Below, piece after piece: positions 15,001-26,989 of a stretch of DNA of 64,000 bases. The stretch lies in NCBI GenBank assembly GCA_964016885.1, contig CAXHJY010001487.1:1-64000 (forward strand). Direction: 5' to 3'. Under the pieces are notes generated by a model, which was not told the DNA's origin, ran no database searches, and saw nothing but the letters and a program-made list of their open reading frames with translations. Source of the stretch: Eledone cirrhosa (lineage: Eukaryota). The position numbers and the translations under genes were made by a program. Each line of letters starts with the position of its first letter. Position 1 is the first letter of the stretch.

Positions 15001-16900
15001 AGTGTCTGCACATGTACCAGTAATTACAAATCGATCCGACCACGGGCGGCCGGCCACGATCGAAAAGGTAACTCCGCCGGCAAATTCGCATTTTTGTGAT
15101 TCGTTTCTTCGAAGCACACCATTCGCTGGTGGAATTCAGCTTCCTCATTTAGCATGGGCAGCTTTTCTTGAAAATCACACCACACACAGCCAATGAGTGT
15201 ATGCACATATACCAGTAATTACAGATCGATCCGACCACGGGCGGCCGGCCCACGATCGAAAAGGTAACTCCGCCGGCAAATTCGCATTTTTGTGATTCGT
15301 TTCTTCGAAGCACACCATTCGCTGGTGGACTTCAGCTTCCGCATTTAGGATGGGCAGCTTTTCTTGAACATCACACCACACACAGCCAATGAGTGTCTCC
15401 ACATATACCAGTAATTACAGATCGATCCGACCACAGGCGGCCGGCCCACGATCGAAAAGGTAACTCCGCCGGCAAATTCGCATTTTTGTGATTCGTTTCT
15501 TCGAAGCACACCATTCGTGGGTAGACTTCAGCTTCCGCATTTAGCATGGGCAGCTTTTCTTGAAAATCACACCACACACAGCAAATGTGTGTCTGCACAT
15601 GGACCAGTAATTACAGATCGATCCGACCATAGGCGGCCGGCCCACGATCGAAAAGGTAACTCCGCCGGCAAATTCGCATTTTTGTGATTCGTTTCTTCGA
15701 AGCACACCATTCGCTGGTGGACTTCAGCTTCCGCATGTAGCATGGGCAACGTTTCGTGAAAATCACACCACACAGAGCAAATGTGTGTCTGCACATGGAC
15801 CAGTAATTACAGATCGATCCGACCACAGGCGGCCGGCCCACGATCGAAAAGGTAACTCCGCCGGTAAATAGTCATTTTTGTGATTCGTTTTCTTCGAAGC
15901 ACACCATTCGCCGCCGGACTTCAGCTTCCTCATTTAGCATGGGCAGCTTTTTTTGAAAATCACACCACACACAGTCAATGAGTGTCTGCACATATACCAG
16001 TAATTACAGATCGATCCGACCACAGGCGGCCGGCCCACGATCGAAAAGGTAACTCCGCCGGCAAATTCGCATTTTTGTGATTCGTTTCTTCGAAGCACAC
16101 CATTCGCTGGTGGACTTCAGCTTCCGCATTTAGCATGGGCAGCTGTTCTTGAAAATCACACCACACACAGCAAATGTGTGTCTGCACATGGACCAGTAAT
16201 TACAGATCGATCCGACCATAGGCGGCCGGCCCACGATCGAAAAGGTAACTCCGCCGGCAAATTCGCATTTTTGTGATTCGTTTCTTCGAAGCACACCATT
16301 CGCTGGTGGACTTCAGCTTTCTCATTTAGCATGGGCAGCTTTTCTTGAAAATCACACCACACACAGCCAATGAGTGTCTGCACATATACCAGTAATTACA
16401 GATCGATCCGACCACGGGCGGCCGGCCCACGATCGAAAAGGTAACTCCGCCGGCAAATTCGCATTTTTGTGATTCGTTTCTTCGAAGCACACCATTCGCT
16501 GCTGGACTTCAGCTTCCGCATTTAGCATGGGCAGCTTTTCTTGAAAATCACACCACACACAGCTAATGAGTGTCTGCACCTATACCAGTTATTACAGATC
16601 GATCCGACCACGGGCAGCCGGCCCACGATCGAAAAGGTAACTCCGCCGGCAAATTCGCATTTTTGTGATTCGTTTCTTCGAAGCACACCATTCGCTGGTG
16701 GACTTCAGCTTCCGCATTTAGCATGGGCAACGTTTCGTGAAAATCACACCACACAGAGCAAATGTGTGTCTGCACATGGACCAGTAATTACAGATCGATT
16801 CGACCACAGGCGGCCGGCCCACGATCGAAAAGGTAACTCCGCCGGCAAATTCGCATTTTTGTGATTCGTTTCTTCGAAGCACACCATTCGCTGGTGGACT
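1..16900. repeat. Variable-length HOR block (22-, 23-, 19-, 19-monomer periods)
   Basis: The marker monomer cacctataccagttatta...gggcagccgg (MKITPH ORFs at 270, 4583, 9092, 12817, 16541) recurs at 4313, 4509, 3725 and 3724 bp, with largely the same order of monomer types between markers. Confidence 0.85.
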
Positions 16901-19719
16901 TCAGCTTCCGCATTTAGCATGGGCAACTTTTCTTGAACATCACACCACACACAGCCAATGAGTGTCTGCACATATACCAGTAATTACAGATCGATCCGAC
17001 CACGGGCGGCCAGCCCACGATCGAAAAGGTAACTCCGCCGGCAAATTCGCATTTTTGTGATTCGTTTCTTCGAAGCACACCATTCGCTGGTGGACTTCAG
17101 CTTCCGCATTTAGCATGGGCAACTTTTCTTGAAAATCACACCACACACAGCTAATGAGTGTATGCACATATACCAGTAATTACAGATCGATCCGACCACG
17201 GGCGGCCGGCCCACGATTGAAAAGGTAACTCCGCCGGCAAATTCGCATTTTTGTGATTCGTTTCTTCGAAGCACACCATTCGCTGGTGGACTTCAGCTTC
17301 CGCATTTAGCATGGGCAGCTTTTCTTGAACATCACACCACACACAGCCAATGAGTGTCTGCACATATACCAGTAATTACAGATCGATCCGACCACGGGCG
17401 GCCGGCCCACGATCGAAAAGGTAACTCCGCCGGCAAATTCGCATTTTTGTGATTCGTTTCTTCGAAGCACACCATTCGCTGGTGGACTTCAGCTTCCGCA
17501 TTTAGCATGGGCAGCTTTTCTTGAAAATCACACCACACACAGCAGATGTGTGTCTGCACATGGACCAGTAATTACAGATCGATCCGACCATAGGCGGCCG
17601 GCCCACGATCGAAAAGGTAACTCCGCCGGCAAATTCGCATTTTTGTGATTCGTTTCTTCGAAGCACACCATTCGCTGGTGGACTTCAGCTTCCGCATTTA
17701 GCATGGGCAGCTTTTCTTGAAAATCACACCACACACAGCAAATTTGTGTTTGCACATGGACCAGTAATTACAGATCGATCCGACCATAGGCGGCCGGCCC
17801 ACGATCGAAAAGGTAACTCCGCCGGCAAATTCGCATTTTTGTGATTCGTTTCTTCGAAGCACACCATTCGCTGGTGGACTTCAGCTTCCGCATTTAGCAT
17901 GGGCAACTTTTCTTGAACATCACACCACACACAGCCAATGAGTGTCTGCACATATACCAGTAATTACAGATCGATCCGACCACGGGCGGCCGGCCCACGA
18001 TCGAAAAGGTAACTCCGCCGGCAAATTCGCATTTTTGTGATTCGTTTCTTCGAAGCACACCATTCGCTGGTGGACTTCAGCTTCCGCATTTAGCATGGGC
18101 AACTTTTCTTGAAAATCACACCACACACAGGCAATGAATGTCTGCACATGTACCAGTAATTACAAATCGATCCGACCACGGGCGGCCGGCCACGATCGAA
18201 AAGGTAACTCCGCCGGCAAATTCGCATTTTTGTGATTCGTTTCTTCGAAGCACACCATTCGCTGGTGGAATTCAGCTTCCTCATTTAGCATGGGCAGCTT
18301 TTCTTGAAAATCACACCACACACAGCCAATGAGTGTATGCACATATACCAGTAATTACAGATCGATCCGACCACGGGCGGCCGGCCCACGATCGAAAAGG
18401 TAACTCCGCCGGCAAATTCGCATTTTTGTGATTCGTTTCTTCGAAGCACACCATTCGCTGGTGGACTTCAGCTTCCGCATTTAGCATGGGCAGCTTTTCT
18501 TGAACATCACACCACACACAGCCAATGAGTGTCTCCACATATACCAGTAATTACAGATCGATCCGACCACAGGCGGCCGGCCCACGATCGAAAAGGTAAC
18601 TCCGCCGGCAAATTCGCATTTTTGTGATTCGTTTCTTCGAAGCACACCATTCGTGGGTAGACTTCAGCTTCCGCATTTAGCATGGGCAGCTTTTCTTGAA
18701 AATCACACCACACACAGCAAATGTGTGTCTGCACATGGACCAGTAATTACAGATCGATTCGACCATAGGCGGCCGGCCCACGATCGAAAAGGTAACTCCG
18801 CCGGCAAATTCGCATTTTTGTGATTCGTTTCTTCGAAGCACACCATTCGCTGGTGGACTTCAGCTTCCGCATTTAGCATGGGCAACGTTTCGTGAAAATC
18901 ACACCACACAGAGCAAATGTGTGTCTGCACATGGACCAGTAATTACAGATCGATCCGACCACAGGCGGCCGGCCCACGATCGAAAAGGTAACTCCGCCGG
19001 TAAATAGTCATTTTTGTGATTCGTTTTCTTCGAAGCACACCATTCGCCGCCGGACTTCAGCTTCCTCATTTAGCATGGGCAGCTTTTTTTGAAAATCACA
19101 CCATACACAGTCAATGAGTGTCTGCACATATACCAGTAATTACAGATCGATCCGACCACAGGCGGCCGGCCCACGATCGAAAAGGTAACTCCGCCGGCAA
19201 ATTCGCATTTTTGTGATTCGTTTCTTCGAAGCACACCATTCGCTGGTGGACTTCAGCTTCCGCATTTAGCATGGGCAACGTTTCGTGAAAATCACACCAC
19301 ACAGAGCAAATGTGTGTCTGCACATGGACCAGTAATTACAGATCGATTCGACCACAGGCGGCCGGCCCACGATCGAAAAGGTAACTCCGCCGGCAAATTC
19401 GCATTTTTGTGATTCGTTTCTTCGAAGCACACCATTCGCTGGTGGACTTCAGCTTCCGCATTTAGCATGGGCAACTTTTCTTGAAAATCACACCACACAC
19501 AGGCAATGAGGGTCTGCACATGTACCAGTAATTACAAATCGATCCGACCACGGGCGGCCGGCCAGGATCGAAAAGGTAACTCCGCCGGCAAATTCGCATT
19601 TTTGTGATTCGTTTCTTCGAAGCACACCATTCGCTGGTGGACTTCAGCTTCCTCATTTAGCATGGGCAGCTTTTCTTGAACATCACACCACACACAGCCA
19701 ATGAGTGTCTGCACATATA

Positions 19720-22430
19720 CCAGTAATTACAGATCGATCCGACCACGGGCGGCCGGCCCACGATTGAAAAGGTAACTCCGCCGGCAAATTCGCATTTTTG
19801 TGATTCGTTTCTTCGAAGCACACCATTCGCTGGTGGACTTCAGCTTCCGCATTTAGCATGGGCAGCTTTTCTTGAACATCACACCACACACAGCCAATGA
19901 GTGTCTCCACATATACCAGTAATTACAGATCGATCCGACCACGGGCGGCCGGCCCACGATCGAAAAGGTAACTCCGCCGGCAAATTCGCATTTTTGTGAT
20001 TCGTTTCTTCGAAGCACACCATTCGCTGGTAGACTTCAGCTTCCGCATTTAGCATGGGCAGCGTTTCTTGAAAATCACACCACACACAGTCAATGAGTGT
20101 CTGCACATATACCAGTAATTACAGATCGATCCGACCAGAGGCGGCCGGCCCACGATCGAAAAGGTAACTCCGCCGGTAAATAGTCATTTTTGTGATTCGT
20201 TTTCTTCGAAGCACACCATTCGCCGCCGGACTTCAGCTTCCTCATTTAGCATGGGCAGTTTTTCTTGAACATCACACCACACACAGCCAATGAGTGTCTG
20301 CACATATACCAGTAATTACAGATCGATCCGACCACGGGCGGCCGGCCCACGATCGAAAAGGTAACTCCGCCGGCAAATTCGCATTTTTGTGATTCGTTTC
20401 TTCGAAGCACACCATTCGCTGGTGGACTTCAGCTTCCGCATTTAGCATGGGCAGCTTTTCTTGAAAATCACACCACACACAGCAGATGTGTGTCTGCACA
20501 TGGACCAGTAATTACAGATCGATCCGACCATAGGCGGCCGGCCCACGATCGAAAAGGTAACTCCGCCGGCAAATTCGCATTTTTGTGATTCGTTTCTTCG
20601 AAGCACACCATTCGCTGGTGGACTTCAGCTTCCGCATTTAGCATGGGCAGCTTTTCTTGAAAATCACACCACACACAGCAAATTTGTGTTTGCACATGGA
20701 CCAGTAATTACAGATCGATCCGACCATAGGCGGCCGGCCCACGATCGAAAAGGTAACTCCGCCGGCAAATTCGCATTTTTGTGATTCGTTTCTTCGAAGC
20801 ACACCATTCGCTGGTGGACTTCAGCTTCCGCATTTAGCATGGGCAACTTTTCTTGAACATCACACCACACACAGCCAATGAGTGTCTGCACATATACCAG
20901 TAATTACAGATCGATCCGACCACGGGCGGCCGGCCCACGATCGAAAAGGTAACTCCGCCGGCAAATTCGCATTTTTGTGATTCGTTTCTTCGAAGCACAC
21001 CATTCGCTGGTGGACTTCAGCTTCCGCATTTAGCATGGGCAACTTTTCTTGAAAATCACACCACACACAGCTAATGAGTGTATGCACATATACCAGTAAT
21101 TACAGATCGATCCGACCACGGGCGGCCGGCCCACGATTGAAAAGGTAACTCCGCCGGCAAATTCGCATTTTTGTGATTCGTTTCTTCGAAGCACACCATT
21201 CGCTGGTGGACTTCAGCTTCCGCATTTAGCATGGGCAGCTTTTCTTGAACATCACACCACACACAGCCAATGAGTGTCTCCACATATACCAGTAATTACA
21301 GATCGATCCAACCACGGGCGGCCGGCCCACGATCGAAAAGGTAACTCCGCCGGCAAATTCGCATTTTTGTGATTCGTTTCTTCGAAGCACACCATTCGCT
21401 GGTAGACTTCAGCTTCCGCATTTAGCATGGGCAGCGTTTCTTGAAAATCACACCACACACAGTCAATGAGTGTCTGCACATATACCAGTAATTACAGATC
21501 GATCCGACCAGAGGCGGCCGGCCCACGATCGAAAAGGTAACTCCGCCGGTAAATAGTCATTTTTGTGATTCGTTTTCTTCGAAGCACACCATTCGCCGCC
21601 GGACTTCAGCTTCCTCATTTAGCATGGGCAGTTTTTCTTGAACATCACACCACACACAGCCAATGAGTGTCTGCACATATACCAGTAATTACAGATCGAT
21701 CCGACCACGGGCGGCCGGCCCACGATCGAAAAGGTAACTCCGCCGGCAAATTCGCATTTTTGTGATTCGTTTCTTCGAAGCACACCATTCGCTGGTGGAC
21801 TTCAGCTTCCGCATTTAGCATGGGCAGCTTTTCTTGAAAATCACACCACACACAGCAGATGTGTGTCTGCACATGGACCAGTAATTACAGATCGATCCGA
21901 CCATAGGCGGCCGGCCCACGATCGAAAAGGTAACTCCGCCGGCAAATTCGCATTTTTGTGATTCGTTTCTTCGAAGCACACCATTCGCTGGTGGACTTCA
22001 GCTTCCGCATTTAGCATGGGCAGCTTTTCTTGAAAATCACACCACACACAGCAAATTTGTGTTTGCACATGGACCAGTAATTACAGATCGATCCGACCAT
22101 AGGCGGCCGGCCCACGATCGAAAAGGTAACTCCGCCGGCAAATTCGCATTTTTGTGATTCGTTTCTTCGAAGCACACCATTCGCTGGTGGACTTCAGCTT
22201 CCGCATTTAGCATGGGCAACTTTTCTTGAACATCACACCACACACAGCCAATGAGTGTCTGCACATATACCAGTAATTACAGATCGATCCGACCACGGGC
22301 GGCCGGCCCACGATCGAAAAGGTAACTCCGCCGGCAAATTCGCATTTTTGTGATTCGTTTCTTCGAAGCACACCATTCGCTGGTGGACTTCAGCTTCCGC
22401 ATTTAGCATGGGCAACTTTTCTTGAAAATC
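19720..22430. repeat. Tandem duplication of 7 monomers (1373-bp period)
   Basis: The variant gattgaaaa is at ~19763 and ~21136, the 197-bp monomer at ~20177 and ~21550, and aaatttgtgtttg units at ORFs 20664 and 22037. All offsets are 1373. Confidence 0.85.
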
Positions 22431-25400
22431 ACACCACACACAGGCAATGAGTGTCTGCACATGTACCAGTAATTACAAATCGATCCGACCACGGGCGGCC
22501 GGCCACGATCGAAAAGGTAACTCCGCCGGCAAATTCGCATTTTTGTGATTCGTTTCTTCGAAGCACACCATTCGCTGGTGGAATTCAGCTTCCTCATTTA
22601 GCATGGGCACCTTTTCTTGAAAATCACACCACACACAGCCAATGAGTGTATGCACATATACCAGTAATTACAGATCGATCCGACCACGGGCGGCCGGCCC
22701 ACGATCGAAAAGGTAACTCCGCCGGCAAATTCGCATTTTTGTGATTCGTTTCTTCGAAGCACACCATTCGCTGGTGGACTTCAGCTTCCGCATTTAGCAT
22801 GGGCAGCTTTTCTTGAACATCACACCACACACAGCCAATGAGTGTCTCCACATATACCAGTAATTACAGATCGATCCGACCACAGGCGGCCGGCCCACGA
22901 TCGAAAAGGTAACTCCGCCGGCAAATTCGCATTTTTGTGATTCGTTTCTTCGAAGCACACCATTCGTGGGTAGACTTCAGCTTCCGCATTTAGCATGGGC
23001 AGCTTTTCTTGAAAATCACACCACACACAGCAAATGTGTGTCTGCACATGGACCAGTAATTACAGATCGATCCGACCATAGGCGGCCGGCCCACGATCGA
23101 AAAGGTAACTCCGCCGGCAAATTCGCATTTTTGTGATTCGTTTCTTCGAAGCACACCATTCGCTGGTGGACTTCAGCTTCCGCATTTAGCATGGGCAACG
23201 TTTCGTGAAAATCACACCACACAGAGCAAATGTGTGTCTGCACATGGACCAGTAATTACAGATCGATCCGACCACAGGCGGCCGGCCCACGATCGAAAAG
23301 GTAACTCCGCCGGTAAATAGTCATTTTTGTGATTCGTTTTCTTCGAAGCACACCATTCGCCGCCGGACTTCAGCTTCCTCATTTAGCATGGGCAGCTTTT
23401 TTTGAAAATCACACCACACACAGTCAATGAGTGTCTGCACATATACCAGTAATTACAGATCGATCCGACCACAGGCGGCCGGCCCACGATCGAAAAGGTA
23501 ACTCCGCCGGCAAATTCGCATTTTTGTGATTCGTTTCTTCGAAGCACACCATTCGCTGGTGGACTTCAGCTTCCGCATTTAGCATGGGCAGCTGTTCTTG
23601 AAAATCACACCACACACAGCAAATGTGTGTCTGCACATGGACCAGTAATTACAGATCGATCCGACCATAGGCGGCCGGCCCACGATCGAAAAGGTAACTC
23701 CGCCGGCAAATTCGCATTTTTGTGATTCGTTTCTTCGAAGCACACCATTCGCTGGTGGACTTCAGCTTCCTCATTTAGCATGGGCAGCTTTTCTTGAAAA
23801 TCACACCACACACAGCCAATGAGTGTCTGCACATATACCAGTAATTACAGATCGATCCGACCACGGGCGGCCGGCCCACGATCGAAAAGGTAACTCCGCC
23901 GGCAAATTCGCATTTTTGTGATTCGTTTCTTCGAAGCACACCATTCGCTGCTGGACTTCAGCTTCCGCATTTAGCATGGGCAGCTTTTCTTGAAAATCAC
24001 ACCACACACAGCTAATGAGTGTCTGCACCTATACCAGTTATTACAGATCGATCCGACCACGGGCAGCCGGCCCACGATCGAAAAGGTAACTCCGCCGGCA
24101 AATTCGCATTTTTGTGATTCGTTTCTTCGAAGCACACCATTCGCTGGTGGACTTCAGCTTCCGCATTTAGCATGGGCAACGTTTCGTGAAAATCACACCA
24201 CACAGAGCAAATGTGTGTCTGCACATGGACCAGTAATTACAGATCGATTCGACCACAGGCGGCCGGCCCACGATCGAAAAGGTAACTCCGCCGGCAAATT
24301 CGCATTTTTGTGATTCGTTTCTTCGAAGCACACCATTCGCTGGTGGACTTCAGCTTCCGCATTTAGCATGGGCAACTTTTCTTGAAAATCACACCACACA
24401 CAGGCAATGAGGGTCTGCACATGTACCAGTAATTACAAATCGATCCGACCACGGGCGGCCGGCCAGGATCGAAAAGGTAACTCCGCCGGCAAATTCGCAT
24501 TTTTGTGATTCGTTTCTTCGAAGCACACCATTCGCTGGTGGACTTCAGCTTCCTCATTTAGCATGGGCAGCTTTTCTTGAACATCACACCACACACAGCC
24601 AATGAGTGTCTGCACATATACCAGTAATTACAGATCGATCCGACCACGGGCGGCCAGCCCACGATCGAAAAGGTAACTCCGCCGGCAAATTCGCATTTTT
24701 GTGATTCGTTTCTTCGAAGCACACCATTCGCTGGTGGACTTCAGCTTCCGCATTTAGCATGGGCAACTTTTCTTGAAAATCACACCACACACAGCTAATG
24801 AGTGTATGCACATATACCAGTAATTACAGATCGATCCGACCACGGGCGGCCGGCCCACGATCGAAAAGGTAACTCCGCCGGCAAATTCGCATTTTTGTGA
24901 TTCGTTTCTTCGAAGCACACCATTCGCTGGTAGACTTCAGCTTCCGCATTTAGCATGGGCAGCGTTTCTTGAAAATCACACCACACACAGTCAATGAGTG
25001 TCTGCACATATACCAGTAATTACAGATCGATCCGACCAGAGGCGGCCGGCCCACGATCGAAAAGGTAACTCCGCCGGTAAATAGTCATTTTTGTGATTCG
25101 TTTTCTTCGAAGCACACCATTCGCCGCCGGACTTCAGCTTCCTCATTTAGCATGGGCAGTTTTTCTTGAACATCACACCACACACAGCCAATGAGTGTCT
25201 GCACATATACCAGTAATTACAGATCGATCCGACCACGGGCGGCCGGCCCACGATCGAAAAGGTAACTCCGCCGGCAAATTCGCATTTTTGTGATTCGTTT
25301 CTTCGAAGCACACCATTCGCTGGTGGACTTCAGCTTCCGCATTTAGCATGGGCAGCTTTTCTTGAAAATCACACCACACACAGCAGATGTGTGTCTGCAC

Positions 25401-26989
25401 ATGGACCAGTAATTACAGATCGATCCGACCATAGGCGGCCGGCCCACGATCGAAAAGGTAACTCCGCCGGCAAATTCGCATTTTTGTGATTCGTTTCTTC
25501 GAAGCACACCATTCGCTGGTGGACTTCAGCTTCCGCATTTAGCATGGGCAGCTTTTCTTGAAAATCACACCACACACAGCAAATTTGTGTTTGCACATGG
25601 ACCAGTAATTACAGATCGATCCGACCATAGGCGGCCGGCCCACGATCGAAAAGGTAACTCCGCCGGCAAATTCGCATTTTTGTGATTCGTTTCTTCGAAG
25701 CACACCATTCGCTGGTGGACTTCAGCTTCCGCATTTAGCATGGGCAACTTTTCTTGAACATCACACCACACACAGCCAATGAGTGTCTGCACATATACCA
25801 GTAATTACAGATCGATCCGACCACGGGCGGCCGGCCCACGATCGAAAAGGTAACTCCGCCGGCAAATTCGCATTTTTGTGATTCGTTTCTTCGAAGCACA
25901 CCATTCGCTGGTGGACTTCAGCTTCCGCATTTAGCATGGGCAACTTTTCTTGAAAATCACACCACACACAGGCAATGAGTGTCTGCACATGTACCAGTAA
26001 TTACAAATCGATCCGACCACGGGCGGCCGGCCACGATCGAAAAGGTAACTCCGCCGGCAAATTCGCATTTTTGTGATTCGTTTCTTCGAAGCACACCATT
26101 CGCTGGTGGAATTCAGCTTCCTCATTTAGCATGGGCAGCTTTTCTTGAAAATCACACCACACACAGCCAATGAGTGTATGCACATATACCAGTAATTACA
26201 GATCGATCCGACCACGGGCGGCCGGCCCACGATCGAAAAGGTAACTCCGCCGGCAAATTCGCATTTTTGTGATTCGTTTCTTCGAAGCACACCATTCGCT
26301 GGTGGACTTCAGCTTCCGCATTTAGCATGGGCAGCTTTTCTTGAACATCACACCACACACAGCCAATGAGTGTCTCCACATATACCAGTAATTACAGATC
26401 GATCCGACCACGGGCGGCCGGCCCACGATCGAAAAGGTAACTCCGCCGGCAAATTCGCATTTTTGTGATTCGTTTCTTCGAAGGACACCATTCGCTGGTA
26501 GACTTCAGCTTCCGCATTTAGCATGGGCAGCGTTTCTTGAAAATCACACCACACACAGTCAATGAGTGTCTGCACATATACCACTAATTACAGATCGATC
26601 CGACCACAGGCGGCCGGCCCACGATCGAAAAGGTAACTCCGCCGGTAAATAGTCATTTTTGTGATTCGTTTTCTTCGAAGCACACCATTCGCCGCCGGAC
26701 TTCAGCTTCCTCATTTAGCATGGGCAGTTTTTCTTGAACATCACACCACACACAGCCAATGAGTGTATGCACATATACCAGTAATTACAGATCGATCCGA
26801 CCACAGGCGGCCGGCCCACGATCGAAAAGGTAACTCCGCCGGCAAATTCGCATTTTTGTGATTCGTTTCTTCGAAGCACACCATTCGTGGGTAGACTTCA
26901 GCTTCCGCATTTAGCATGGGCAGCTTTTCTTGAAAATCACACCACACACAGCAAATGTGTGTCTGCACATGGACCAGTAATTACAGATC

